Assembly (NCBI RefSeq): GCF_936981045.1
Contig: NZ_OW441264.1
Coordinates: 420,001 to 452,000 of the forward strand
DNA: 32,000 bases
Reading direction: 5' to 3'
Origin: Candidatus Saccharimonadota bacterium
GTDB lineage: Bacteria > Bacteroidota > Bacteroidia > Cytophagales > Amoebophilaceae
Each line of letters begins with the position of its first letter. Within the stretch, counting starts at the first letter, position 1. The notes under the pieces were generated by a model. The model was not told the DNA's origin and did no database searches. It was given only the letters and a program-made list of their open reading frames with translations. Shown piece by piece: positions 5,927 through 16,328 of the stretch. A program made the position numbers and the translations under genes.

Positions 5927-7990
5927 TTATACTTCACTTGGTGGCACTTGCGGCACATCTTCAGCAGGTATCTCTTTAGCTTCTTTCGCAAAGCGTTTCC
6001 CTATTAAACGCTCTAAATCTGACTTAAGAATGGTTTCTCTTACCAATAAAGCTTCAGCCAAAAGGGTTAGTTTATCGATCTTTTCTTTAAGCAATCCTTT
6101 CACCCGTTCATAGGCACCATCTATAATTGCTTTTACCTCTTCATCTATAGTATAGGCTGTTTTTTCCGAGTAAGGTTTTGTAAAAGTATAGTCTGCTTGT
6201 TTAGCATTGTGGAAAGAGAGGTGCCCCACTTTAGGGTTCATGCCATAGACTGTAACCATACTGTAGGCCAATTTAGTAGTACGCTCTAAATCATTTAGGG
6301 CACCAGTAGAAATTTTTCCAAAAATAAGTTCCTCAGCTGCTCTTCCTCCCAATGCCATAGCCAATTCGTCTAACAATTGATTTTCCTGATAAACAAACTG
6401 CTCTTTCGGCAAATACTGTGCATAACCCAATACGGCTATACCACGTGGTATAATACTTACTTTCACCAGTGGGTGTGCATGTTCTAAAAACCATCCAGCA
6501 ATCGCATGGCCTGCTTCGTGGTAAGCTATTATTTTTTTCTCTTCTGGAGAGATAAGTTTATTTTTTTTTTCCAATCCACCAATAATTCGATCTATAGCTG
6601 CATGAAAGTCGCTCATGGTTACAAATTTCTTATTTTTTCTAGCTGCTATTAAAGCTGCTTCATTACACATATTAGAGAGATCGGCTCCAGAGAATCCTGG
6701 TGTTTGTTCTGCCAGTTGTTTAATCCGGATGTGTCGTTCTAGCTTTAATCCTTTGCTATGGTAGCGTATAATCTCTTCTCTATCCAATATATCTGGGTTA
6801 TCTATGGTAACCTGTCTATCAAATCTTCCTGGACGCAGCAGGGCAGGATCTAATACCTCTGCTCTATTGGTAGCACCTATCACAATCACACCAGAATTGG
6901 TTGAAAAACCATCCATTTCTACCAAGAGGGAGTTCAAAGTATTTTCACGTTCATCATTCACGCCAGGCATATTGGCCTTACCCCGTGTTCTGCCCACTGC
7001 GTCTATTTCATCGATAAAAATAATACAAGGTGCCTTTTCCTTTGCTTTTTTAAAGAGGTCACGGACACGAGCCGCACCTATGCCCACAAACATTTCCACA
7101 AAGTCTGATCCAGAGAGACAAATAACAGGCACACCTGCTTCCCCAGCTACCGCTTTGGCCAGTAAGGTTTTACCTGTTCCTGGAGGACCTACAAGCAGCA
7201 CACCTTTAGGAATTTTTCCACCAAGCAGGGTAAACTTTTCAGGCATTTTTAAAAAGTCTACCACCTCCTTTACCTCTTCCTTAGCTTCTTTCATGCCAGC
7301 TACATCTTGGAATGTAACTTTTAACTGATTATCTCTATCAAAAATAGTTGCTTTTAATGTATTCATATTAAAAAGCTGTGTGCCGGGGCCTGCCATACCA
7401 TTACCTGGTTTACGAATAAAGAACCAGTAGATAAGGAATAGAGTGAGCAAAAAAGACCAGTTGATAAAACTAGCAGGTTCTGAATGTTCTTCGCAAGTGT
7501 AACCTATTCTAGCTTCAGGGGCCATTTTGGCTTCTATGTCTGCAAATTTTTTATCAAAAATATCGAAATTCGGTATTCGAAACGTGTAGACCAATCCACT
7601 GGCACTTTTCCAGGCACTTCTTCCTGCTAATTCCTTTTGATAACGCTCTTTTTTTAATGCATCCTCTTTAAGGACTACTTCCACTAGGTGTTGATTGGTG
7701 ATTAAAGTAACCGACTTTACCTCCTGGTTTAGCATCATTGATTCAAAACGTTTCTCAGAAATAGCAATCGAACTTTTTTCCTTGCTGTAGTAAAAAAGCA
7801 ACCCCAATATGACTAATATAGCTAATACAAAAATGGACTGAGGAGCATTGTGTTGCACAAATTTTTTTTCTCTTTGTTTCATAATTTGATTTAAATTGAA
7901 TAGCTGTTTTTTTGCTAAGTGAATAGGTAAATTTACAAAAAGGCACTGAAAAAGAACATAAAAAAGAACTAAATAATGGCTTATGGGCAA
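5927..7990 (-). CDS. ftsH: ATP-dependent zinc metalloprotease FtsH
   Basis: The ORF has Walker A (GPPGTGKTLLAKAVAGEAGVP), the AAA second region of homology and the HEAGHA zinc motif. An alternative start is the ATG at 7882 (MKQREKK). Confidence 0.95.
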   Translation of the reverse strand: MPISHYLVLFYVLFQCLFVNLPIHLAKKQLFNLNQIMKQREKKFVQHNAPQSIFVLAILVILGLLFYYSKEKSSIAISEKRFESMMLNQEVKSVTLITNQHLVEVVLKEDALKKERYQKELAGRSAWKSASGLVYTFRIPNFDIFDKKFADIEAKMAPEARIGYTCEEHSEPASFINWSFLLTLFLIYWFFIRKPGNGMAGPGTQLFNMNTLKATIFDRDNQLKVTFQDVAGMKEAKEEVKEVVDFLKMPEKFTLLGGKIPKGVLLVGPPGTGKTLLAKAVAGEAGVPVICLSGSDFVEMFVGIGAARVRDLFKKAKEKAPCIIFIDEIDAVGRTRGKANMPGVNDERENTLNSLLVEMDGFSTNSGVIVIGATNRAEVLDPALLRPGRFDRQVTIDNPDILDREEIIRYHSKGLKLERHIRIKQLAEQTPGFSGADLSNMCNEAALIAARKNKKFVTMSDFHAAIDRIIGGLEKKNKLISPEEKKIIAYHEAGHAIAGWFLEHAHPLVKVSIIPRGIAVLGYAQYLPKEQFVYQENQLLDELAMALGGRAAEELIFGKISTGALNDLERTTKLAYSMVTVYGMNPKVGHLSFHNAKQADYTFTKPYSEKTAYTIDEEVKAIIDGAYERVKGLLKEKIDKLTLLAEALLVRETILKSDLERLIGKRFAKEAKEIPAEDVPQVPPSEV

Positions 7991-8054
7991 AGGGATACCT
8001 TGTACCAGTTTGCGTCTATACCTTTATGTATGATTGGCGTTATGCAGCTTTTTA

Positions 8055-8699
8055 TTATTGTGTTGCCTCCATATATCTACCTTCCACTACTTCCCAGTAA
8101 ATAATTTTCCAAAAAGCTTCTATATAGGCCAAGCGTCTATTTTGGTAAAGAAGGTAATAGGCATGCTCCCATAAATCTAGTCCTAAAATAGGCACACCTT
8201 GTTCTTGAACAGGGGTGGTGTTCATAAGTGGATTATCTTGATTGTTGGTTGTAGAAATAAGCAAACTACCATCTTTCTTAGCTACAGATAGCCAAGCCCA
8301 TCCAGAACCAAAGTGTGCTGCTGCGGCTGCTGTAAAAGCTTCTTTGAATCCTTGAAAGCTTCCAAATGATTTTTCTAATACATGCAATAAGTTTGTTCCA
8401 GGTGCTTGGGCACCATTAGGTTTCAGGCTATCCCAGAAAAATAAATGGTTAAAGTGGCCACCAGCGTTGTTGCGCACAACAGTATGGTAGGCGCTTATAT
8501 CTTTTAGAAGGTGGGTCAATACCGATATTTCGGCTCCTTCTGCGGTTGCTATTGCGGTACCGGCTATAGCCTGATTGAGTTTATCCACATAAGTTTGATG
8601 GTGTTTGGTATGGTGGATCTCCATAGTTTGGGCATCTATGTAGGGTGCTAATCCATTGTAGGCATAAGGCAAGGCGGGAAGTGCAAGAATCATAAGCAT
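8055..8699 (-). CDS. sodA: Superoxide dismutase, Mn-type signature
   Basis: Motifs seen are LPALPYAYNGLAPYIDAQTMEIHHTKHH, GGHFNHLFFW, NQDNPL and DLWEHAYY. Confidence 0.9.
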   Translation of the reverse strand: MLMILALPALPYAYNGLAPYIDAQTMEIHHTKHHQTYVDKLNQAIAGTAIATAEGAEISVLTHLLKDISAYHTVVRNNAGGHFNHLFFWDSLKPNGAQAPGTNLLHVLEKSFGSFQGFKEAFTAAAAAHFGSGWAWLSVAKKDGSLLISTTNNQDNPLMNTTPVQEQGVPILGLDLWEHAYYLLYQNRRLAYIEAFWKIIYWEVVEGRYMEATQ

Positions 8700-8738
8700 T
8701 TACGTTTATAGAATAAAGAATACAATTAGCTTGTTGTG

Positions 8739-9224
8739 CTACAATATAGTGTTTCTTAACTTTTTAAAAAAACAAATCAGCAATTGGTTGCTTTCTTTTG
8801 CTAAAATATCTGGTTGGACTGCTGTTCGTGGGTGCAGCGCAGCTTTAGAAAGGGTTTGATAGCCTCTTTTATGGTCACTAGCGCCAAAAACAAGTCGCTG
8901 TATTTGAGACCAGTAGAGTGCACCACTACACATGATACAGGGTTCTAGGGTAACATATAGGGTACAGTTAAGGAGGTATTTGCTACTGAAATAATTAGCA
9001 GCAGCAGTTATGGCCAATAGTTCTGCATGAGCCGTTGGATCTTTTAGTCGTTCTACTTGGTTATAGGCACGTGCAATAATCTTATGATCCGCTACAATCA
9101 CCGCTCCAACCGGCACCTCTCCTAATTCAGCTGCACGTGTTGCTTCTTGTAACGCTGCTTGCATAAAGAAAGCATCGTCATTGACAGGTTGTATGCGGCT
9201 CATGTAATACGCATTTGATGGCAC
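8739..9224 (-). CDS. tadA: tRNA adenosine(34) deaminase (CDA-fold zinc deaminase)
   Basis: The ORF has the HAE and PCxxC zinc-binding motifs (HAELLAITAA, LEPCIMCSGAL). The likely start is the internal ATG near 9203 (MSRIQP). Confidence 0.85.
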   Translation of the reverse strand: MPSNAYYMSRIQPVNDDAFFMQAALQEATRAAELGEVPVGAVIVADHKIIARAYNQVERLKDPTAHAELLAITAAANYFSSKYLLNCTLYVTLEPCIMCSGALYWSQIQRLVFGASDHKRGYQTLSKAALHPRTAVQPDILAKESNQLLICFFKKLRNTIL

Positions 9225-9496
9225 ATAGTTTAGTAGACTATTTAAGTACGGCTAATTTAGCAAAGTTTAGGCTACACTTACACAAAGTATATTGGAATTG
9301 GCAATATATTTTAGTAATATTTCATTGAAGATCAGCCTATTTAAGAGTTATTACAAGTAGTAGTTGTATGGCATGGTAAAACCCATGCACCAAGCGGTCT
9401 ATTTACCATATAGGTGTGTCCTTCATCTATTGGTATCTTCTCTTTATGGCATGGACCTGCACTACATTAAACTATAATTGAAAATCAATTACGCCT

Positions 9497-9638
9497 ATGG
9501 ATATAAACAAAAACAAATCGATCCGCAAGGGTTTTATATTGTCAAAAACAATATTTCCAGCAGTTGGTGCACTTTTACTAGGCACCCAAGCGGGGTGCAA
9601 TGGACTTGATAAGCATTTGGGTATGATGGAGCTAGGTA
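9497..9638 (+). pseudogene. Possible 5' stump of a lipoprotein gene truncated by IS982 copy B
   Basis: The ATG at 9497 gives MDINKNKSIRKGFILSKTIFPAVGALLLGTQAGCNG, a signal peptide with a lipobox-like AGC. The frame runs straight into the IS terminus at 9639. This call is weak because the stump is only 47 codons. Confidence 0.3.
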
Positions 9639-9744
9639 ACCTGAGTTCGGGATTAGCTTGTTAAAAAATAGCTTTAAAAAGCTCCTTTGTGTTTTAAATT
9701 TGGAGATAAAAAAATACTAACCAGATTATCTAAAGGAGCCAGTT

Positions 9745-9993
9745 ATGAATGTAGAAAAATTAGTTGAAATATATTATGCTGTTAATGAATTTCTCATAAA
9801 GTTTATGCCGTATATGGAAAAACAACTGTTAACCAACTCTAAAAGAAAACCCACTAGAACTTGTTCATTAACTTTGAGTGAAATAATGACTGTTCTTATT
9901 GCCTTTCATGTGATTGGTTTTAGAAATTTTAAGTCTTATTATATTCATTTACAGCAATTTCATTCTAGTAAATTTGGAAAGTTAGTAAGCTAG
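9745..9993 (+). CDS. IS982-family transposase, N-terminal segment (same in-frame TAG at 9991-9993)
   Basis: It differs from the copy A ORF by one residue (D14N). Confidence 0.7.
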   Translation: MNVEKLVEIYYAVNEFLIKFMPYMEKQLLTNSKRKPTRTCSLTLSEIMTVLIAFHVIGFRNFKSYYIHLQQFHSSKFGKLVS

Positions 9994-10032
9994 AATAGAT
10001 TTATAGAACTGATCCAAAGAACGTTAGTTCCC

Positions 10033-10626
10033 TTGTACTGTTTTACACAAAGTTTTTCTAAAACAAAAACAGGTTGTTATTTTATGGATGCAACAGCCAT
10101 CAAGGTTTGCCATATCAAAAGAGCCTATACGCACAGGGTTTTTAAATCGATTGCTACTAAAGGTAAAACCAGCATCGGTTGGTTTTTTGGATTAAAGTTG
10201 CACTTGATAGTCAATGATTTAGGAGAAATTATGAATTTTCAACTGACCACAGGTAAAACTAATGATAGGCTTCCTGTAGAAAATTTATGTAAACACTTGA
10301 TGGGTAAAATGTCTGCCGATAAAGGTTACATAAGCAAAGATTTATTTAAAAAACTGATCGAGAAAGGCGTGGAATTCATTACCCAGATTAGAAAAAATAT
10401 GAAAAATGCTTTTATGCCACTCTGGGATAAACTGATGCTTAGAAAACGATCTATAATTGAAACTATTATAGATCAGCTCAAAAATATTAGCCAGATAGAA
10501 CATTCCAGGCATAGAAGCATACCTAATTTTCTAGTCAATTTGATAACTGGAATTACAGCTTATGCACTAAAAGAGAAAAAACCTTCTATAACTAATATAT
10601 ATATGACTGGTTCACAATACGTCTAA
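10033..10626 (+). CDS. IS982-family DDE transposase, catalytic segment
   Basis: It has the same motifs as copy A. Several amino-acid replacements are present, including F->S next to the DKGY motif (MSADKGY). Confidence 0.8.
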   Translation: MYCFTQSFSKTKTGCYFMDATAIKVCHIKRAYTHRVFKSIATKGKTSIGWFFGLKLHLIVNDLGEIMNFQLTTGKTNDRLPVENLCKHLMGKMSADKGYISKDLFKKLIEKGVEFITQIRKNMKNAFMPLWDKLMLRKRSIIETIIDQLKNISQIEHSRHRSIPNFLVNLITGITAYALKEKKPSITNIYMTGSQYV

Positions 10627-10640
10627 TCCCGAACTGAGGT

Positions 10641-11296
10641 TAGTAGGCTTCTATTTGTCTGAAAGTGAAGGTGCTAACTTCTGGCTAGGTGTACTTAACG
10701 AACTTAAGGAAAGGGGTGTAGAAGATATCCTTATTGTCTGCGTTGATGGCCTAAAAAGCTTCCCTTCAGCCATAAATACCGCTTTTCCTAATATACAAGT
10801 TCAGGTCTGTATAGTACATCAGATACGCAACACACTCAAGTATGTAGCTAGCAAAGATGTAAAATTTTTTTAACTGATTTAAAGCAAATATATCAAGCTT
10901 CAAGTAAGGAAGTTGCTGAACATTATCTATTGGAACTGGAAGAAAAATGGGAAAAAAAGTATCAGATGGTTACCAAATCTTGTCAAAATAATTGGGAGCA
11001 TTTATCTGCTTATTTTAGGTATTCAGGTCCTGTCAAAAGGCTAATTTATACAACCAATCCCATAGAAAGCTTGCAAAGGCAGATTAGACAATTTACTAAG
11101 ACAAAGGGGGCATTTACCAGTATAAATTCCTTGTATAAATTAGTATATTGTGCCATAAAAAAGATGGAAGAAAAGTGGACTATGCCCGTGCGAGAATGGG
11201 CATTAACGATATCTCAGCTCGACATCTTTTTTCCCGGTAGGTTAAAGTTCGAGTTGAGATAGGGCCGTACTGTGACACAGTTCATTGAACACTTCC
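10641..11296 (+). mobile_element. 3' half of an IS256-family element, 5'-truncated by IS982 copy B
   Basis: It ends with GACACAGTTCATTGAACACTTCC at 11274-11296. The reverse complement of that sequence occurs as a solo end at 17405-17427. Confidence 0.8.
10655..11262 (+). pseudogene. IS256-family (mutator-type) transposase, C-terminal half, frameshifted
   Basis: The first ORF reads FWLGVLNELKERGVEDILIVCVDGLKSFPSAINTAFPNIQVQVCIVHQIRN and the second reads RLIYTTNPIESLQRQIRQFTKTKGAF. The two ORFs (10655-10873 and 10930-11262) are separated by a frameshift at an A/T run. Confidence 0.8.
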
Positions 11297-11363
11297 TAGA
11301 ATAAATCAGTCCAGTATAGTCCGGTATATCAACTCAATAGATGTTATTTCCGTTTACTTTTAT

Positions 11364-14351
11364 ATGTTTCCATATCATTTATTATGCATCTTTTTTAAGC
11401 ACAAGAAGCAAAAATATTTTATTGCTATTGTTCATTTTTTATTTTTTTTGTTACCTAGTTTTTTTCTCCACGCTAAGGAAAAAATAAGAACGCCTCATTT
11501 TAGTATTTTGTTTGATAAAAGTACCACTCACTCAGCACAGCGTATAGCCAACACGTTAGAAACAATATATCAACCTGTCTCTAAAACATTGGGCGTATAT
11601 CCTAGTCCTATTCGCTTAGTAGTCAATAATGGATCTACTCTGCTGAATGGATATTTTAAACATCTTCCACGCCATATATCTTTTTATACCTTACACCCTT
11701 CTGATCCCTATTTTATTGGCAATGCTAATTGGTTCAATATGTTGTGCATACATGAGTTTAGGCATGCAGTACAACATAGTATTGAATACTATAGTACGCC
11801 TCGTTGGCTTAGACTCTTATACTTTGGATGCAATCTTATTACCCCATGCGGTGTTCCCAAATTTTTCAAGGAAGGTGATGCGGTTGGTATAGAAACAGCA
11901 CTTTCAAAAGCTGGTCGAGGCCGTTTACCTGAGTGGGAAAAGATATACAGGGTCAACCTTCTAGAACGTGGTACAGCTAGTTTCGACAGACAATTGTTTG
12001 GCTCTTTGCAACATGAAATGCCATCTGAATACCACATAGGGTATTATTTTACTACACATATCCGAAGAAAATATGGTGCAGATTCCATCAAATCTATTTT
12101 TGAAAAAAGCGTTCGCAGTATGCCTTTCTTTGGATTTTACCATGCCCTAAAAAAGGTTACCAAAAAGTCGATACTAAAGGTATATGAGGATATGAACCAA
12201 GAGCTGTTGCTTAGTTGGCAAAAGCAGCTAGAGGGGTTAAAGATCACGCCTGGAACTCAGCTTACCATTAAAAAACCCAATGATAGCTTTGATTATATTA
12301 ATCCATTTATTGACGCATCAGGTAACCTGATGGCTTGGAAAACAGGTATAGGTTTGCGTCCTCAACTGGTACAGGTTAGGACCTCCCTTACTGAACCCGC
12401 TACATCGAAAAAAATATTTTCATCTTTGCGAAAAGACAAGACTATATTTTACTTTATAAAGGATAATAGCCTCCCACCCGCTGCTTTTGCTATAGGAGAA
12501 GGGTGTGCAGCCTGGCTAGAAACGTGTAGCCATCCTTGGCAAGAGAATAAGCAAACCAATCGTTTACAATATTACGACTTTAAACAGAAAAAAAGGCGCA
12601 CCCTTATTTCAAGCAGTAGGTATACTGCATTAGCCATGAGTCCTAATACCCATCAACTGGTTGCCGTAACAACTGACAAAACCGGTAAACATCTTCTGGT
12701 TGTTTTAGAAATGAAGTCTGGTAAAGTGGTCAAAAAAATAGATAACCCCGATGAGGGTTATTATTTAACGCCCAGTTGGTCTGGTGAAGACTATGTAATA
12801 GTAGTAAAAACCAAGAATCAACAAAATAGCATTTTGCGGATCAATGTGGCTACCAGTAAAGCAGAAATACTCTTGCCTTACACCTACGAGCATAGAAGCT
12901 ACCCTAGGATATATAAAGACTATTTGCTCTATAACAGCTCGTACAATGGTATTGATAATATTTATGCGATGCATTTGCCTACAAAAGCTTGTTTTCAAGT
13001 TACCTCAAGAAAATATGGGGCTTATTTGGGAATGGTGTATCCTATAAACCATCAACTTGTTTTTAATGATTATACTAAAAATGGTATGGATATAGTTGTG
13101 ATGCCTTTTGATCCTCTTTTATGGACACCTCTAGGGGCAGTAAAGGATAGGTCTGTAGGGTATTATGAGCCATTGGTTGTACAAGAACAGAACAGTGATA
13201 TTTTGACAAAAGTTCCCAACCATCTATATCCCCTGACTAAATACTGTTTTGCAAAAGATAATCTTGCTTTTATTGGAGCAAACTTAAAAAAAACCAATTG
13301 GGATCATGGTGGGCTTGAGACAAGTCTCGAACCTTTTGCATTAGTAAACCTAGAGAATATCCTGAAAGCCACTCCCTATTGGTACGAAAATTGGGATATA
13401 TCTAATGATATATCTAATAAGGTTAGGAATCCTAGATATATATACGAATATATGACCAGAAAAGTAGGATTAAAAGTAAGCTATACAACCTGGTATCCAA
13501 TCTTGGAAGTAGATATTAAAGCTGCTAGGTATAGATGGGAAAGTATGAAAACAGCAGTTATCTCTAGGGATAGTGCTCTATACCTGTGTGAACCAAGTGA
13601 AATACCCTACTGGAAACCAAAATTAAGTTTAGGCATAAAATTGCCTTATTATTTCACTTTAGGCAGTTCTTCGGGGGAAGCATATTTAGAGGCCACAATA
13701 CGTCTAAGCCCATCTGATCGAAATAAAAAAAAAGATCATACTGAAAAATATGCCTTTAGTATAACCAATTCCTCAACTAAAAGCAAAAGGGATATTCATC
13801 CACCCTGGTGCCAAAAACTTCGTATAGGTTTTGAGTATGCAAAAGAGAGTCCTAGGTTATTAAAAACATGGTATGAAAATAGGCTTTATTTTAATATTGA
13901 ATTTTACATCCCAGGGATTGTCGATCACCACTATTGTAGTTTAAGTCCAACTATTGAATGGTTTAAAAAACCCGGTCATAAATTGGATTGGACACCATGT
14001 ATTAACTTAGTGTATGGTTTTCCTTGGGGCTATCCAGAGTGTGGTATACCGCTTATTTGGTTTTTAGAGAAGATATGGATCGAAGGTTATTATAGTTATA
14101 AGGTTGAACCTATAAAAATACATCTGACAGAGTCCATAGGTAAAGTTGCCTATATACTTTCAGATAATTGCCAAGACACTATCACTATAGGTACAAAACT
14201 TTATTTTTTAAGTAGATTTCTAGCTAGTAAAAACATACCTGCTGTGCAAGTCTTGCTAGATTTTCCTTTTTTTAAAAAGCAGGATAATGTTTGGAAGTGC
14301 CAGTTTCCATTACCTAAACTAAGTTTCGGGATATTGCATGTAAATGATTGA
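11364..14351 (+). CDS. Large (995 aa) putative secreted or envelope protein with an N-terminal HEXXH metallopeptidase-like module and beta-propeller-like repeats
   Basis: This is an uninterrupted 2988-nt ORF. The N-terminus is hydrophobic (FIAIVHFLFFLLPSFFLHA). HEFRH lies at 11751-11765 and a downstream FKEGDAVGIE gives a gluzincin-like spacing. The central region has a TolB-like repeat flavour. The function is not established. Confidence 0.8.
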   Translation: MFPYHLLCIFFKHKKQKYFIAIVHFLFFLLPSFFLHAKEKIRTPHFSILFDKSTTHSAQRIANTLETIYQPVSKTLGVYPSPIRLVVNNGSTLLNGYFKHLPRHISFYTLHPSDPYFIGNANWFNMLCIHEFRHAVQHSIEYYSTPRWLRLLYFGCNLITPCGVPKFFKEGDAVGIETALSKAGRGRLPEWEKIYRVNLLERGTASFDRQLFGSLQHEMPSEYHIGYYFTTHIRRKYGADSIKSIFEKSVRSMPFFGFYHALKKVTKKSILKVYEDMNQELLLSWQKQLEGLKITPGTQLTIKKPNDSFDYINPFIDASGNLMAWKTGIGLRPQLVQVRTSLTEPATSKKIFSSLRKDKTIFYFIKDNSLPPAAFAIGEGCAAWLETCSHPWQENKQTNRLQYYDFKQKKRRTLISSSRYTALAMSPNTHQLVAVTTDKTGKHLLVVLEMKSGKVVKKIDNPDEGYYLTPSWSGEDYVIVVKTKNQQNSILRINVATSKAEILLPYTYEHRSYPRIYKDYLLYNSSYNGIDNIYAMHLPTKACFQVTSRKYGAYLGMVYPINHQLVFNDYTKNGMDIVVMPFDPLLWTPLGAVKDRSVGYYEPLVVQEQNSDILTKVPNHLYPLTKYCFAKDNLAFIGANLKKTNWDHGGLETSLEPFALVNLENILKATPYWYENWDISNDISNKVRNPRYIYEYMTRKVGLKVSYTTWYPILEVDIKAARYRWESMKTAVISRDSALYLCEPSEIPYWKPKLSLGIKLPYYFTLGSSSGEAYLEATIRLSPSDRNKKKDHTEKYAFSITNSSTKSKRDIHPPWCQKLRIGFEYAKESPRLLKTWYENRLYFNIEFYIPGIVDHHYCSLSPTIEWFKKPGHKLDWTPCINLVYGFPWGYPECGIPLIWFLEKIWIEGYYSYKVEPIKIHLTESIGKVAYILSDNCQDTITIGTKLYFLSRFLASKNIPAVQVLLDFPFFKKQDNVWKCQFPLPKLSFGILHVND

Positions 14352-14564
14352 TTGCAATCTATTTTTATCTTACCTTTTGCTGGATCAAAAAGCAGCATAC
14401 GACCATTAGAGGAGGATGTTTTTAGAAGGATTTAGTAAAGATGCAATCCTTAAATAGACGCCAGTGCTCATATTCCGCACCAGGATCATAGATAAATTTT
14501 AATTTAATCTTTTGTAAACTAATTGGATTGAATTTTTCTGTCATTAGTTTACTAATGTATTCGA

Positions 14565-16037
14565 ATGTTAAAAGAAGAACAAATTATAGGCAGCTTAGTC
14601 CTAGATCATTTAGGATTAATTTCCAGTGTAATAGATAAAATTGGATCGATCCAAAAAATAGATGAATGCCTTCCAGTCTCACAAGAAAAAGGAGCTAAAG
14701 CAACGATGGGAGAGCGGGTCACTGCCATGATACTCAATGGGCTAGGATTTATGGACAATCGACTTTATATGTTTCCAGAATTCTTATCTAATAAACCTGT
14801 AGATAAGTTATTTAGGCCTGATATTACAGCAGAAATGTTTAATGATGACGCTTTAGGGCGTTGTCTAGACGCTATTGCGGAATATAGTCTAACCAAACTT
14901 TTTTCCCAAATCGCATTCCAGATTGGTACACAATTTAATCTATTAGGTAAAACAGCACGTTTAGATACTACTACCTTAACTGTATTTGGTGATTATGAGC
15001 AATCGGCTGCAAATAATCCTGCTTCACCAGGTGCAGATGATTTTAAGATTACCTATGGTTATTCCAAGGAAGGCAGACCGAACTTAAAACAGATGGTTCT
15101 CAACTTGGCTACCACAGGTGCAGGTGCCTTTCTTATCTGGATGGAAGCACATAATGGAAACGCTTCTGATAAGATCATTCTGCAACATGCAGCTAAACGT
15201 ATGAAAGAATTTTGTAAGCAACTCAAGGCTGCCCCTGCCTTTCTATTTGTAGGCGATAGCGCTATGTATGAAAAGTGTGTAGCGGATAATCCAGCTATCC
15301 ATTGGCTTTCAAAAGTTCCTGCTAAGCTTAATCAAGCTAAAGCCTACTTACAAACACCTAATGAGGCCATTACTTGGCAAGTAATAGAGAACGGATGTAA
15401 GATTACTTCCTCTAAACAGTTGTATAAGGGCCTAGAGCAGCGTTGGTTATTGGTATACTCAGCACAGGCTTATGCCTCAGAAATAGCTATCCTAGATCGA
15501 CATATTGAACAAGAATACCTTAACACACTTAAAAATATTGATCGATTTGAAAATCAGTTGTTCTTTTGGAAAGCTGATGGGGAAAAAGCACTTGCTTTAC
15601 TCAGTAAACCATTGAGATACTATGATTTAGCCGTCACACAAGTGGAAGAAGTTACCCAATATAGTGGACAAGGAAGACCTAAAAAGGATACCAAACCTAC
15701 TGTCATAGGTTATAAATTACGTACGAGACTAGTTGCTAATGAGTGCAGAATAGCTGTATTGCGTTCCCAACAGGGGCGATTTATTTTGGCTACTAATCAG
15801 CTAGATAACAAGGCTTTAAGTGATCAGGAAATGTTCCAGGAGGATAAGGATCAGCATAAAACAGAACAAGCGTTTCGATTTATTAAAGGTAATGCCTTCG
15901 AGGTATCCTCTGTCTTTCTAAAAAAAGAGAGTCGTATACAAGCCCTGATGATGATTATAACGCTATGTTTAATGGTATATAACGTAAGTTCGGGATTTAT
16001 TTTACTGATTTACAACAATTTAATATCAATTATTTAG
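14565..16037 (+). pseudogene. IS1634-family DDE transposase; the C-terminus is disrupted by MITE 3 (the last 18 codons of the ORF are MITE sequence)
   Basis: Motifs seen are GERVTAMILNGLGF, ARLDTTTLTVFG, YGYSKEGRPNLKQ, LFVGDSAMY and TEQAFRFIKG. Homology stops at 15981. Confidence 0.8.
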
Positions 16038-16221
16038 TTAATATTTGCACCTATTTAACAAGTTTTTATATCTAATTTTATAAATATAATATATATAATA
16101 AACTGATTATCAGAATTATTTATTATTCAACTACCTATTTAACTGTCTATAAAACAAATTTTATAAATTTTCATTGATATTGATTATCAAATGAAAAAAT
16201 AATCTAATCCCGAACTTACGT
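15982..16221 (+). mobile_element. MITE copy 3 (240 bp)
   Basis: The element runs ACGTAAGTTCGGGATT...AATCCCGAACTTACGT. Both termini carry the mirrored G->A / C->T change. There is no target duplication. Confidence 0.85.
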
Positions 16222-16328
16222 TGCAAAGTTTAGATGCTATAATAAATTCCTAAAGAAGTCTGATGTTGATGCGGAATATGAGCAGTGGCTAAACAGGCAC
16301 CTATTTTTTGTTTTTATAATACTTTGCG

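Larger units (their letters stand above)
9639..10640 (+). mobile_element. IS982-family insertion sequence, copy B (1002 bp)
   Basis: The termini are ACCTGAGTTCGGGATTAG and CTAATCCCGAACTGAGGT. The right flank is the interior of an IS256-family element. Confidence 0.9.
14460..16289 (+). mobile_element. IS1634-like (IS4-related) insertion sequence carrying a MITE insertion
   Basis: It has 19-bp IRs with one mismatch: GCCAGTGCTCATATTCCGC (14460-14478) and GCGGAATATGAGCAGTGGC (16271-16289). I see no clear target duplication. Confidence 0.8.

Noticed and set aside
6804-7328. 174-aa plus-strand ORF, and the 63-aa ORF at 7755-7946 (-)
   Set aside because: The first lies antisense and the second out of frame within the strongly conserved ftsH coding sequence. 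Their low-complexity, Ser/Pro/Thr-rich translations are typical of shadow ORFs.
9371-9388. Hairpin GCATGG-TAAAAC-CCATGC in the tadA upstream spacer as a terminator or riboswitch element
   Set aside because: It has no T-run on either strand and no gene ends nearby. A 6-bp stem in about 400 nt of spacer is unremarkable.
11647-14398. Short ORFs 11647-11892, 11789-12037 (-), 11961-12143 (-), 12765-12998 (-), 12844-13047 and 14201-14398 (-)
   Set aside because: All overlap the 995-aa ORF in other frames or on the other strand and have no recognisable motifs. I treat them as shadow ORFs.
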